Shown in pieces: positions 28,250 through 38,072 of a stretch of 58,395 nt of DNA. A program made the translations under genes and the position numbers. The stretch spans positions 1 through 58,395 of IMG/VR virus record IMGVR_UViG_3300031772_000043; one strand, given 5' to 3'. Source of the stretch: a virus (lineage: Duplodnaviria; Caudoviricetes). The notes beneath the pieces were generated by a model. It made no database searches. It was not told where the DNA came from and saw only the letters and a program-made list of their open reading frames with translations. Position 1 is the first letter of the stretch. The number at the start of each line of letters is the position of its first letter.

Positions 28250-30975
28250 TGGGCGACAGCCCAGAGAAGACGAAGCTCTGCGTTCTGAATAACGTTCTGT
28301 GGGTCCCCACCCAGTACGTAGATCAAGACGTAAAAGAAGAGTTTACTTACCGATTCGAAGAGATCGAATACCAACCCATGTTGGACCTCCCCCAGAAGTG
28401 CGCTAATTGCGAACTTTGGGGTAAAAAGTGGAGACCAGGTTCGATGACGTGTGCCCAGAAGGGATACACGCTAGAGGATATCTGCAAGAGCTTCAGCCAC
28501 AAGAAAATGCCGGTTTCCAAGGAAATCGTACTCAAGACGTACCGAGAGCGCCACGACGGATGGACTCAGTTTGCCCGCGGAGACCTGGGAAAAATTCGAA
28601 GGTGTTTCCGGGAACTTGGGATTGATGATCAACGAGTTGCGCCGGAATTGGGGTTTGACCTGACCTGTCACCGGGCGCTGTATGAGGAGCAACAGCAGGT
28701 AGCGGAGGCCTGGCTCAAGAAGGGCTACGGACTTATTCAGGCTCCGACGGCATGGGGGAAGTGTCTCGGACGCGGTACTCCTGTACTAATGTACGATGGC
28801 AGCACCAAGGCTGCCGAAGACGTCCAAAAGAACGACCTTCTGATGGGCCCAGACAGCCTGCCACGTCGAATTGTTTCCACGGTGCAAGGGAGAGAACCCA
28901 TGTACCGTGTGACGCCAAAAAAGGGTGATCCATACGTAGTTAACGAGTCACACATATTGTCTCTGAAACTGAGTAAATCCAAAGGTTCAGACAGTGTCGA
29001 CTTAGTAAACATCAGCGTAAAAGACTACCTGAAGAAAAACAAGTGGTTTAAGCACCGCGCTAAGGGCTGGAGAGCCGCTATAGATTTCCAGTCGGGCGCT
29101 CCACTGCACCCTGATCTTCCTCCTTACTTGTTGGGAATATGGCTAGGTGATGGAGCTTCAAAGTTACCGGCTGTCACCTCCGCAGACCCTGAAATTGTGG
29201 AGATGTTGCAAGAGTATGCGAGTACACGTGGTCTAAGTCTTCGTGTGGATGCATCGGGTGGTAGGTGTCCGACATATCACGTCACGACCAAGTCAGTAGG
29301 GCGGGCGTATCGAGCCAATGCCCTGGTGAACGCACTCAAGGACCTTGGACTGTGGGCCAACAAGCACATTCCTCACCAGTACAAGACAGCGTCTAGAAAT
29401 GATAGGCTACAGCTTCTGGCGGGGCTAATAGACTCTGACGGGCATTTGAAACTTGGTGGGGGTTACGATTTCATATCCAAAAATGAGTCGCTTGCTGACG
29501 CTTTGTGCTTCGTAGCTAGGTCGTTAGGCCTGGCTGCGTACAAACAGGAATGCCGTAAACGGTGTACTAACAACGGCGTGGAGGGAACCTACTATAGAGT
29601 GGGCCTGTCCGGAAACGTAGGTATCATACCGTGTCGAGTTTCCCGGAAGACGTCTGTTATCCCGAGAACTACTAAGAAAGACCCCCTTGTCGTGGGGATC
29701 AAAGTAGAACCTATTGGAGATGGTGACTATTTTGGTTTCGAAATAGAGGGACCTGACCGACTATTCCTTCTAGGTGACTTCACTGTCACTCACAACACTG
29801 TCGTGTGGGCGTGGTTAGTCGCACGCCTAGGCTATCGAGTGATTCTACTTGCTCAGGAAGTACGACATCTCATGGTCGGCTTCGAAGGACTATACGAACA
29901 CACGAATATCGCAGAGCTAGAGGAAGCCCACGGAGAACACCTGATCGGGGTCCTCAACAAAGACTGGTCTTGGGGCAAGGATCAGGATGGGACCCGAATA
30001 CGTAAGTTCGTGGACCGACCCGGCAAGTATTATCCGATTACGTTTGCCACCTTCCAATCATTGGCGTCCAAGCGCGGCGTGAAGATGCGGAAGAAGTTGA
30101 AGAATTACTTCGGACTGGTTTGGTGTGAAGAGTGTCACCATGAGTCCGCGCCTACCTTTCACGCTGCCACTAAGTCATTCAACGCCAAGTATCGTGGGGG
30201 TCAGACGGCTACCCCTTCGCGCAAGGACCAAACTCATGTTGCCATCTTCGATACCCTGGGCCCGGTTACAGCCCGTGGGCACAAGGAGCAACTAACTCCG
30301 ATCGTGAAATTTCACGCCACGAACATCCATGTTCCAGACAGCGTATTTCGTGGTCGATACATCATACCGATGCTGGTCAACTTCTTAGCCCGAAACGCCC
30401 ACTACCAGGATTGTCTCTACGAAGAGATCATGAAGGAATGCGAAGAGGGTCGAAAGATTCTGGTCGTCACCGAACGCCGAAACCAGGCGATGAGACTACG
30501 GCAGAAAATCAAACTCCAAGGCCATGGGTGTGAACTCATGATTGGCGGCCAGAAGCTCAAGGAACAGAACTGGTACGCGGAAGAACTTATGTCGGGAAGG
30601 CTGAGTGTCATCATAGGTACTCAGGTGATCAACGAGAACGTGAACATCCCGCCTCTTGACTCCATCCACCAGCCCTTCCCGAACTTTGGCAAAGAGCGAG
30701 AAGAGCAACGAGTGGGAAGAATTAGAAGACCTCTTTCTTCCTCAAACCTCGCCTACCTTCAAGACAACAACATCGTGTGGGAGAAGCCACAGCCTAGAGT
30801 ACACGTCTACACGTGGTATTCGGGGCACAATATGGCGGGCTCCGCAGTTGGGTTTCGAGAGAAACTCTACAAGAAGTGGGGGTTCACCTTTGACCAGCCG
30901 GTGGAAGAACTTCCAAAAAAGCGACGCGCCAAGACCATGAAGGACTGGCTAGAAGAGTTCAAGGGCGATGAGTAA
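28249..30975 (+). CDS. SF2 (UvsW/Rad25-like) helicase containing an intein
   Basis: APTAWGK/T Walker A, EECHH motif II, TATP motif III, QRVGRIRR motif VI. Confidence 0.85.
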   Translation: MGDSPEKTKLCVLNNVLWVPTQYVDQDVKEEFTYRFEEIEYQPMLDLPQKCANCELWGKKWRPGSMTCAQKGYTLEDICKSFSHKKMPVSKEIVLKTYRERHDGWTQFARGDLGKIRRCFRELGIDDQRVAPELGFDLTCHRALYEEQQQVAEAWLKKGYGLIQAPTAWGKCLGRGTPVLMYDGSTKAAEDVQKNDLLMGPDSLPRRIVSTVQGREPMYRVTPKKGDPYVVNESHILSLKLSKSKGSDSVDLVNISVKDYLKKNKWFKHRAKGWRAAIDFQSGAPLHPDLPPYLLGIWLGDGASKLPAVTSADPEIVEMLQEYASTRGLSLRVDASGGRCPTYHVTTKSVGRAYRANALVNALKDLGLWANKHIPHQYKTASRNDRLQLLAGLIDSDGHLKLGGGYDFISKNESLADALCFVARSLGLAAYKQECRKRCTNNGVEGTYYRVGLSGNVGIIPCRVSRKTSVIPRTTKKDPLVVGIKVEPIGDGDYFGFEIEGPDRLFLLGDFTVTHNTVVWAWLVARLGYRVILLAQEVRHLMVGFEGLYEHTNIAELEEAHGEHLIGVLNKDWSWGKDQDGTRIRKFVDRPGKYYPITFATFQSLASKRGVKMRKKLKNYFGLVWCEECHHESAPTFHAATKSFNAKYRGGQTATPSRKDQTHVAIFDTLGPVTARGHKEQLTPIVKFHATNIHVPDSVFRGRYIIPMLVNFLARNAHYQDCLYEEIMKECEEGRKILVVTERRNQAMRLRQKIKLQGHGCELMIGGQKLKEQNWYAEELMSGRLSVIIGTQVINENVNIPPLDSIHQPFPNFGKEREEQRVGRIRRPLSSSNLAYLQDNNIVWEKPQPRVHVYTWYSGHNMAGSAVGFREKLYKKWGFTFDQPVEELPKKRRAKTMKDWLEEFKGDE
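28762..29796 (+). mobile_element. intein with LAGLIDADG homing endonuclease (345 aa)
   Basis: Starts CLGRGTPVLMYDG, ends VTHN followed by Thr; internal LLGIWLGDG and LAGLIDSDG. Confidence 0.95.
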
Positions 30976-31123
30976 CGATGCGTTGTGGTTCACCCTCAGG
31001 TGGACAGGGTCTGGGTACATAGTCGGCGTGGGGTTGATGTGTACGGACTACTTCTATCTGCAGACTGCGGGCTGGTGCCTGTTAGTAGCGGCGTCGGTGG
31101 CGTTTCTAGCTCGGACAAAATAG
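30968..31123 (+). CDS. small membrane protein
   Basis: 51-aa hydrophobic ORF (MSNDALWFTL...) filling the gap; not in the supplied ORF track. Confidence 0.5.
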   Translation: MSNDALWFTLRWTGSGYIVGVGLMCTDYFYLQTAGWCLLVAASVAFLARTK

Positions 31124-31132
31124 GAGTGTAAG

Positions 31133-31780
31133 ATGAGCCGCAAGAGCAGCAAGGAAGTTTTCTTTAGCCTCGACATAGAGGCAGATGGGCCCATTCCAGT
31201 TAGAAACTCGATGCTATCTCTGGGGGCCGTAGCTTTTGACGAGACCGGAGCCGAGGTCGGATACTGGGAAGCCAACCTGGCCCCCTTACCCGGGGCGGCG
31301 CAAGATGAGCGCACGATGCGTGATTTTTGGAACAAGAACCCTGAGGCCTGGGCGTACTGCACATCCAACGTTCAGGACCCGGCTGTAGCCCTTCCCGCCT
31401 TTGTGCAGTGGGTGAATTCAGTCGGAGCCGACAAGCAAAAAGTAGCGGTAGCTTTTCCCTCGGGCTTTGATTTCACGTGGATCTACATGTACTTGATGAT
31501 GTTCGGAGGGCAGAGTCCCTTTAGTTTCTCGTGTATCGACATCAAGTCTTACGTGTCCGCCATGAGGCGTGCTCCTTACCGTGATTGTAGTAAGCGTACC
31601 TGGCCCGCGCGCTGGTTCGAACCCAAGTTGAAGCACACGCACAAGGCCGTGGACGACGCCAGAGAGCAGGGTCTCTCCTTCATGAAGATGAGAGCCGAAA
31701 ATCTGTCTCCGTCTACAGACGGGATCGTTTATGAGATCGGTCTCGTGTCCAACAATTTCTGGGACAGCCAAAAGCCATGA
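31133..31780 (+). CDS. DEDDh 3'-5' exonuclease
   Basis: DIEADG, FD and HKAVDDA motifs. Confidence 0.85.
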   Translation: MSRKSSKEVFFSLDIEADGPIPVRNSMLSLGAVAFDETGAEVGYWEANLAPLPGAAQDERTMRDFWNKNPEAWAYCTSNVQDPAVALPAFVQWVNSVGADKQKVAVAFPSGFDFTWIYMYLMMFGGQSPFSFSCIDIKSYVSAMRRAPYRDCSKRTWPARWFEPKLKHTHKAVDDAREQGLSFMKMRAENLSPSTDGIVYEIGLVSNNFWDSQKP

Positions 31781-32343
31781 GGTCGGGCCGTAGAACACAA
31801 GACTACCATCTGATCAAGACACAAGCTGACGCTCTGTTCTATGCAGCAGACATCCCGTCAACTGCCTGGGGTCCGCTCCTTACGGAGGAACCTCGATTCA
31901 AGCTAGTTGTGTTAGACGACAACAACGTCTCCCCGAAAACGCAGGCTGAGTGGTTTGCCCGGCTCAGGGAAAAGGAGTTTTTCAGCCATCCCTACCTTAT
32001 CCTTATCTCTTCGGATGTGGACGACTCGCTCTCCACCGGCATCGGCTACGACATCATGAAGAGAGCGTTGTCCAAAGAGATCAGAGTTCAGATTACGGAG
32101 TCGTCCCGGATTTCTACGGAGGTCGTAAACGAGGAAACCGTGTTCATGCTTACAAACCTGACTGATGAGGCTCCGCCCGAGCGCATCCAGTCAGCGCGAG
32201 ACTGGTGCTATCGACACCAAACTTGCTTTCGTTTGATTTGCGCTACCGGGGACCCAGCTAGTCTTCTGCGCCGAATGAAACTCAAGTTCAACGCAGCTTT
32301 TTACTTGGACTCTAGGATAGTCGTAGAGAAAACACTCGCATGA
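31777..32343 (+). CDS. hypothetical protein (possible degenerate helicase loader)
   Basis: Coupled to dnaB; no intact Walker A, so the loader idea is positional only. Confidence 0.5.
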   Translation: MRSGRRTQDYHLIKTQADALFYAADIPSTAWGPLLTEEPRFKLVVLDDNNVSPKTQAEWFARLREKEFFSHPYLILISSDVDDSLSTGIGYDIMKRALSKEIRVQITESSRISTEVVNEETVFMLTNLTDEAPPERIQSARDWCYRHQTCFRLICATGDPASLLRRMKLKFNAAFYLDSRIVVEKTLA

Positions 32344-33671
32344 AGATCATTCGTCCCAAGTCAGAAACAAAAGCTATTCTCTCCTGTCTCCAGAGCAATA
32401 ATAAGGTAAAGACAGAATTGCTGGGCAGGCTGTCGCCAGACCACTTTGGTTACCGGCCCATGAACAACGCGTTCCGTATCATCGAAAAGATGATGACGCA
32501 TTCGGCCCTGGACCTGCCCTCCATGGAGACCTTCCTAGAGTCTCCAGAACTAGATCAAGAGACAGCAGACCTCCTCAAGGCGCCCACCGTCAGCCCCATC
32601 CAGAAGCCTGATGATGCTCGTCGCCTAGTAGACATCCTGGAGCACTACCGGGTTGTCAGAAGGTTTTACCAGTTTAGTCAGGGAACCATATCAGAGCTGA
32701 AGCAAGCGACAACTGTCGATTTGTCTGCCCTGATGGGAGACATGGAATCGTGCTTGAGCGATATGAGGTCAGACGCTGACGAAGCGCCGTTGTACCACGT
32801 CGGAAAGGGTGCAGAGGATGCGGACTCAGACCTGCTGATGGAGGAAGTGTTTTCGAACGATGTGGTCAAAATCATCCCGAGTACCTTCGGCAACTTTGAT
32901 CGCATCGCGGGCGGGTTTGGTCTAACAGACCTGTTCATCCCTGCCTCACACAAGAAAGGGGGTAAATCAATCCTGACGCTAAACATGACGGCAAACATGT
33001 ACACGCTCAACAACGTGGACGTGATCTACATCCCTCTTGAAATGAGCAAGCAGGAGACGGCAGAGCGACTTATTTCTCGCCTGTCTGGAGTGGAGCATAC
33101 CCGCATCCGCACGAAGACTACATCTTCTACGGAAATAAGCATCATGCAGAAGGCATGGCGCAGGTTCAAGGCGCATGGCCAAAAACATGGATGCCGGTTC
33201 ACTGTTTGGCCTGCGTCACACGTCACGATCCCCCACCTTCGACTAAAGCTGAAGCCGTTCAAGTACAAAGTCATTGTCATTGACTACATCAATCTTCTCG
33301 ACCATCCTCACGCAGACAAGCTTCAGGAGTGGCAGAAGCTCAACGAGCTTGCACGAGAACTGAAGCTCCTTACCAAAGACCTGGAGGCGCTCATCATAGC
33401 TCCTACCCAGATGAATGAGGACGGGTCTTTGCGCTACGCTAGAGGCCTTGCAGAGCACGCAAACACTGTGTGGACCTGGAAATACGGCGAAGAAGAACAG
33501 GGAACTCACATTATTACGATTGACCAGCCTGCAGTACGAGGCTGGGCACCCTTCAAGTTTCAGCTTCTAGAAGACTTTTCTAGAATGGCTATTTCGGACC
33601 ACCACGGGGGAGACCCCGATTTTGATATGGGCAAGAAAACAAAGGTAGACACTATGAAAGGAATTCGTTGA
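32340..33671 (+). CDS. dnaB: DnaB-like replicative helicase
   Basis: GGKS Walker A, LEMS, IVIDYINL, LK.L.K.L...II..TQMN. Confidence 0.85.
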   Translation: MKIIRPKSETKAILSCLQSNNKVKTELLGRLSPDHFGYRPMNNAFRIIEKMMTHSALDLPSMETFLESPELDQETADLLKAPTVSPIQKPDDARRLVDILEHYRVVRRFYQFSQGTISELKQATTVDLSALMGDMESCLSDMRSDADEAPLYHVGKGAEDADSDLLMEEVFSNDVVKIIPSTFGNFDRIAGGFGLTDLFIPASHKKGGKSILTLNMTANMYTLNNVDVIYIPLEMSKQETAERLISRLSGVEHTRIRTKTTSSTEISIMQKAWRRFKAHGQKHGCRFTVWPASHVTIPHLRLKLKPFKYKVIVIDYINLLDHPHADKLQEWQKLNELARELKLLTKDLEALIIAPTQMNEDGSLRYARGLAEHANTVWTWKYGEEEQGTHIITIDQPAVRGWAPFKFQLLEDFSRMAISDHHGGDPDFDMGKKTKVDTMKGIR

Positions 33672-33672
33672 G

Positions 33673-33891
33673 ATGCCGAAGGACTCACACGTTCAGATCA
33701 CTGGGACTATCAGTGACGTTCATCCTGGAGGGCAGTTCGCTGTTACTCTGGAGACAGGGATTAGTGTAACTGCCCGTCTCTGTGGGAAGATGCGCAAAAA
33801 CAGAATCCGGGTTATCTTGGGAGACACAGTGGAGGTTTCACTATCTCCATATGACCTAACCCACGGAATTGTAACATTTCGGCATAAGTAA
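33673..33891 (+). CDS. infA: translation initiation factor IF-1
   Basis: GKMRKNRIRVILGD.V.V.LSPYDLT.G.VTFR, 72 aa. Confidence 0.95.
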   Translation: MPKDSHVQITGTISDVHPGGQFAVTLETGISVTARLCGKMRKNRIRVILGDTVEVSLSPYDLTHGIVTFRHK

Positions 33892-34112
33892 TGCGACCCA
33901 CCCTCGCTCATTGCGGCAAATGCAACGCTCAGGTGTCTATCCTTTCTAAGGAAAGGGCGCCGACTACTTGTCCCCTATGCAAGCAGTCGTTGAGGTTTGA
34001 GACATTCGGCGTCTGTGCTTCCTGTCAGTGTAAAGTGGGCAAGGGTGTCATAAAGTGTGAAGCGTGTAAACTGACTACAGACCCGTCCTATGCGGGAAAA
34101 CCTCCCAGGTGA
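33891..34112 (+). CDS. Cys-rich zinc-ribbon protein
   Basis: Four CxxC pairs. Confidence 0.65.
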   Translation: MRPTLAHCGKCNAQVSILSKERAPTTCPLCKQSLRFETFGVCASCQCKVGKGVIKCEACKLTTDPSYAGKPPR

Positions 34113-34115
34113 GTC

Positions 34116-34361
34116 ATGCAGGTACAGTGTAAAAACTGCGGTTTCAACGGTTCGTTTGTAGGCGGCGTAGGCGAGCGGCCAACAACGTGTCCCGTTTGTC
34201 GTACAGCCTCTTTGGCCTATCCCGTGCCCACAACTGCTTGCCTCCAGTGTAATACGAATTTCCCTACGCCTGACCCTACGTGCCCTGCGTGCGGTGTAGA
34301 CCGGCTAACTAGAGGGCGTTCCGTAGAAAACCCGACGGCTGCCCCTCAGCCTATCAAGTAG
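34116..34361 (+). CDS. Cys-rich zinc-ribbon protein
   Basis: Four CxxC pairs. Confidence 0.65.
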   Translation: MQVQCKNCGFNGSFVGGVGERPTTCPVCRTASLAYPVPTTACLQCNTNFPTPDPTCPACGVDRLTRGRSVENPTAAPQPIK

Positions 34362-34366
34362 GTTTC

Positions 34367-34756
34367 ATGCCAAATTTTGTGTCTCCGTCTCAGTTACTTC
34401 GCAAGAAGTACGAAGTGCGCAAGCATGACATCGTAAAGGCAGCGCCGATTCCCGTAAGCGAGATATGTAATTCTTGCTGGTACAGGGACATGTGCATCTT
34501 TAGGACTCTTTTACGCCAACCTCCTAGGACATGCTGCGTATACGAGCTTTTCGGGGACCAAGGCAAGCAAGAGACCACCATTGAAGAGCTTGTAAAGTTC
34601 ACATGCGATAATCGTTGCGTAACCCGCAGGACATGGGTAGGGGACCCGTGCCCTCACGACGCTAGCTACTGTGAAAATCACTGCCCCGTCTCGAAGCACA
34701 TCATGGGAACAGGGCCCTCAAAGGCAGATGATGTGCCTTACGAAAGCTTCGGATGA
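34367..34756 (+). CDS. Cys-rich hypothetical protein
   Basis: Ten Cys in two clusters. Confidence 0.6.
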   Translation: MPNFVSPSQLLRKKYEVRKHDIVKAAPIPVSEICNSCWYRDMCIFRTLLRQPPRTCCVYELFGDQGKQETTIEELVKFTCDNRCVTRRTWVGDPCPHDASYCENHCPVSKHIMGTGPSKADDVPYESFG

Positions 34757-35211
34757 CCCATTTCTTTCCAGTTCGACAGAGTTACGACTTTGTACAGCCC
34801 AACATTGCGATGGGTGGGGCAGTGTTAGACTCTACCGCACTGTTTGAGGAGTTTGACATTATCGTGATGTGCGCTGGCGAGTGGCAGCCCACCCTTACGT
34901 TGCCGGAAGACCGCACAAAACGGGTCATTCGCCTACCATTTGACGACACCTATGAGGCTCTCATTCCTAGCGTCCTTCGTTCGCTCCACCTAACGGCAAA
35001 CGAGTTGGTGGCGCAGCACAAGACCGGAAAAAGAATCCTCATCACGTGTATGGCAGGCCGAAATAGAAGCGGAATTCTAGCAGGGCTAGTGCTCATGAAA
35101 CGATTTGGCATGTCAGGCGATGAAGCCATTCTAGTGATCCGAGATGCGCGTGGGCCTGCTGCTCTGTCAAACCCCTCTTTCTCCTCCTACCTCCAGAGTC
35201 TTCACCTATGA
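34753..35211 (+). CDS. dual-specificity (CX5R) phosphatase
   Basis: ILITCMAGRNRSG. Confidence 0.85.
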   Translation: MTHFFPVRQSYDFVQPNIAMGGAVLDSTALFEEFDIIVMCAGEWQPTLTLPEDRTKRVIRLPFDDTYEALIPSVLRSLHLTANELVAQHKTGKRILITCMAGRNRSGILAGLVLMKRFGMSGDEAILVIRDARGPAALSNPSFSSYLQSLHL

Positions 35212-36284
35212 AAATTACACTAGAAGGTCCCGCGTTTAGGGATGCCATGAAGACTGCCGCCGTCCTCTTTGACGCGGAGATTGAGGTACTCGTAACGGCA
35301 GACGCGGCTGCCGGGACGCTGGTCCTGGAATCCGGTCGAAATGGTGTGTACTGCAAACAGAGTATTGAAGCAGACGTGGAAGAAGAAGGAGCTATAGTTC
35401 TGTCTTGTGCTCACTTCTCAACCTTAGCGTTTCAGGAACAGTTGTATCTCGAATCCGACGGCAAGCACATCGAGTTTCGGTCGGGCAAGTTCAAGGGCAC
35501 CGTGGCTGGCAGCGCGGATGGAGGGGCCATCGAGGCGCAGCGTCCGGAAAAGCTGTTCAAGGTGACCGCAACCCTCCCTACTGACATTTTCAGGTCCGCT
35601 GTCGCTCGCGTAGCTTTCGGGTCTGCGCTCCCCGGTGCGCAGGCTGGAATTAGGGTTCAGGCCGCAGACAAGCTGACGGTCTCCACCACAGACCAATACC
35701 GAGCCACTCTCTACAAAGAAGACCTGGCTGTGCATCAGGCTGAGTTCGATATTCTGCTGCAGCCCGTGTTCCTGAATACAATCTTGGGCAGGATTCAGGA
35801 CATGGAGGTAGGACTCGGAGCCTCCAGAGGTACGTTTAGAATTCGCACCTTGGGGTTAGATGTGTTCCACCCAGCGATCCAATCCAAGCCCGAAGACATC
35901 GAAGAGTGGATTACCAACGGCATCGACCACAGTAAACGAATCTGTGCGGTGACCTCTACGGCAGAGGAGTTCGCGCAGGCCCTAAGAGAGGTGTCTTCCA
36001 TCCACATGGGGGCGCTGTCCTATGACACGCATGTTGACTGCATGATCAAAGGCGACAAAATTCATATGAGATGCACGGCGGACCACGGCAGTGTTACCAC
36101 CTCTCTTGCGCTGCAGAAATCAGACGCGGAGAAGTTTTTGACGAAGCTGTCTTCCCGCTACACAATGGAACTAATGAACCTGATCAAAGCTGGACCTATT
36201 GAAATCGAATTCTGGGCAGACTTTATCCTTGTTTCTGGGCTCTCAGGAAAATTCAAGGGTCTAATCCCCACGGTCGCCGCCTGA
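35208..36284 (+). CDS. DNA sliding clamp (DnaN/beta-like)
   Basis: 358 aa with three-domain size; VSTTDQYR resembles the beta-clamp ATDGHR; C-terminal LIP; replication context. Confidence 0.65.
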   Translation: MKITLEGPAFRDAMKTAAVLFDAEIEVLVTADAAAGTLVLESGRNGVYCKQSIEADVEEEGAIVLSCAHFSTLAFQEQLYLESDGKHIEFRSGKFKGTVAGSADGGAIEAQRPEKLFKVTATLPTDIFRSAVARVAFGSALPGAQAGIRVQAADKLTVSTTDQYRATLYKEDLAVHQAEFDILLQPVFLNTILGRIQDMEVGLGASRGTFRIRTLGLDVFHPAIQSKPEDIEEWITNGIDHSKRICAVTSTAEEFAQALREVSSIHMGALSYDTHVDCMIKGDKIHMRCTADHGSVTTSLALQKSDAEKFLTKLSSRYTMELMNLIKAGPIEIEFWADFILVSGLSGKFKGLIPTVAA

Positions 36285-36688
36285 TGCTAAAAGATCTATC
36301 CATACCTTGGAACACGCTTCCCGAGGGTAAGGTCGTCTGTCAGACGCCTTTGCTCTGGGTTGTGCGTACCGGCGTGGTAGTGAACAAGCCTAAGAGACAG
36401 AAGAAGTTCGAAGACGGAAACATTCTGCTATCTCTGATGGAGGGCGAGACGAACTCTGTTTTAGGCTATGTCCTGCAGCCTAAAAAAGAGTTTCATGCGG
36501 TATTCTGTCAGGAGTCTTACGTGTCCTTCCTGGCTGAAGTGGAGGGGCACACAACTCCTAAAGTCCTATACAAGGATCAAAAGGTATACCTCTACCGATT
36601 CAACTCGAACAAGGCACCCAGTTACTGGTTCTTGGTGCGCAACAGGATCACAGCTATTCCGGCCACTCCAGAAGTAGAACAGAGTTAA
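36284..36688 (+). CDS. hypothetical protein
   Basis: TGATG-coupled, 134 aa. Confidence 0.65.
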   Translation: MLKDLSIPWNTLPEGKVVCQTPLLWVVRTGVVVNKPKRQKKFEDGNILLSLMEGETNSVLGYVLQPKKEFHAVFCQESYVSFLAEVEGHTTPKVLYKDQKVYLYRFNSNKAPSYWFLVRNRITAIPATPEVEQS

Positions 36689-36690
36689 AC

Positions 36691-37434
36691 ATGCCTAAGA
36701 AATGTATTGTGCTGGATATCGAGTCAGTTCCGGCACATGCTGCAGTGTTAGACGAAAAGGGTCACGACTTCGCCCTCCCTATCTTTCACCGCATTGTATG
36801 TCTGTCCTACGCAGTTCTGGATGGGTCTTTCAAGGTGACTGAAGTGGGTACGTTGGGCCTGAACCGGCAGTCAGAAGAAGACGCTATCCGCCACCTGTCG
36901 TCCTTGATCGACAAAGACACGATGATTGTAACGTGGTCGGGACGCAGGTTCGACATGCCGGTATTTCTTTACCGGGCACTTGCCTACGGCATCCCGTGCC
37001 CGTGGTACTTCAAGAATGAATTCGACAAGAGATTCACTCTAACAGGACATTTCGACCTGCAGGACAACATGATGCTGTTCGGGGCTGCGGATAAAATTCG
37101 GCTAGACCACGCTGCTGCCGTTATAGGGTTGCCAGGGAAGATGGACGTAGCTGGCGCTGACGTAGCAGACTTGTGGGCCCGAAATAGATTTTTGACCATT
37201 GGTACCTACTGCGTAACCGACGTAATTCAAACTGCAATCCTGTTTATACGCTGGGCTTTTCTTCGCGGGCTAGCTACTGCAGACGAAGTTAACGGGGCGC
37301 TAAACTCAATTGCGTCTTATCCCTCTACGACTTATCTACCAACTGACGCCGCTTCACTCGTGTCTGTCGCAGAAGGCATCAAAAAAGTAGTTAGTAATTG
37401 CGACTGGGACTCTCTCAAGATCGTCAAGAGATAG
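36691..37434 (+). CDS. PolB-related stand-alone 3'-5' exonuclease (DEDDy)
   Basis: LDIES, WSGRRFD, HFDL, LPGK and YCVTDV. Confidence 0.8.
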   Translation: MPKKCIVLDIESVPAHAAVLDEKGHDFALPIFHRIVCLSYAVLDGSFKVTEVGTLGLNRQSEEDAIRHLSSLIDKDTMIVTWSGRRFDMPVFLYRALAYGIPCPWYFKNEFDKRFTLTGHFDLQDNMMLFGAADKIRLDHAAAVIGLPGKMDVAGADVADLWARNRFLTIGTYCVTDVIQTAILFIRWAFLRGLATADEVNGALNSIASYPSTTYLPTDAASLVSVAEGIKKVVSNCDWDSLKIVKR

Positions 37435-37452
37435 ACCCGACCGAGGAAATAA

Positions 37453-37962
37453 ATGTCCATCTCCTGGGACGAGAATCAACTCCCCGCCCTAATCAGCTGG
37501 ATCGAGAGTCAACTTCCCCTACAGCAGGGAGAGTTGGCCGTCCTGTCCATGGACATTCCAGAGAATTGCTTTGCAGGTCAAGTTGACCTAGAGGAAAAAG
37601 AGTTCCAAGTTTTCACTAACATCAATAGCCCTATGACCGACACCACAGTGAATGTCGTCTTGGCTTACATTGTAACCATGGCTTTTGATAAGAACGGATG
37701 GGAACCAGCTCCGGCCTCCGAAGTTTTGTTTGACTGCCATCGCCAGGTGTGTCAGACTCTTTTGGAGTTCAACGAAGATTTCTCAAAGCACGTAGAAGAG
37801 TGCTGGGATATTCTTGAAGCTTGGCACACGACACACGCGAGCCCCGATGCGACACCTACGACAACGACAGCCCCAGCAACAGACTCAGAAAGTCTAGTTG
37901 AAGAGATGGGTGCGTCTTTGTTCAGGTTGAACCCTGCCGATAGTAAGGGTTACGTCAACTAG
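37453..37962 (+). CDS. hypothetical acidic protein
   Basis: GAGG RBS, 169 aa. Confidence 0.65.
   Translation: MSISWDENQLPALISWIESQLPLQQGELAVLSMDIPENCFAGQVDLEEKEFQVFTNINSPMTDTTVNVVLAYIVTMAFDKNGWEPAPASEVLFDCHRQVCQTLLEFNEDFSKHVEECWDILEAWHTTHASPDATPTTTTAPATDSESLVEEMGASLFRLNPADSKGYVN
37929..37945 (+). promoter_or_regulatory. conserved 17-bp motif copy 6 (GAACCCTGCCGATAGTA)
   Basis: Inside the 3' end of the upstream CDS, 40 nt before tRNA-Gln. Confidence 0.7.
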
Positions 37963-37985
37963 GCAGAGATGCCCCCCGAAGTTGA

Positions 37986-38056
37986 TCGGGGCTCGTCCAA
38001 TGGCAGGACAGTGGACTTTGGATCCATGAATGGGGGTTCGATTCCCTCGCCCCGAA
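37986..38056 (+). tRNA. tRNA-Gln(UUG)
   Basis: Acceptor TCGGGGC/GCCCCGA; anticodon arm GTGGA-CT-TTG-GA-TCCAT; GTTCGATT T-loop; no encoded CCA. Confidence 0.92.
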
Positions 38057-38072
38057 TGTTGATTATGACTAT

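Noticed and set aside
2429-37945. 17-bp repeat as a CRISPR array or mobile-element end
   Set aside because: Copies are kilobases apart, single, and at gene boundaries. There are no spacers, cas genes or transposase.
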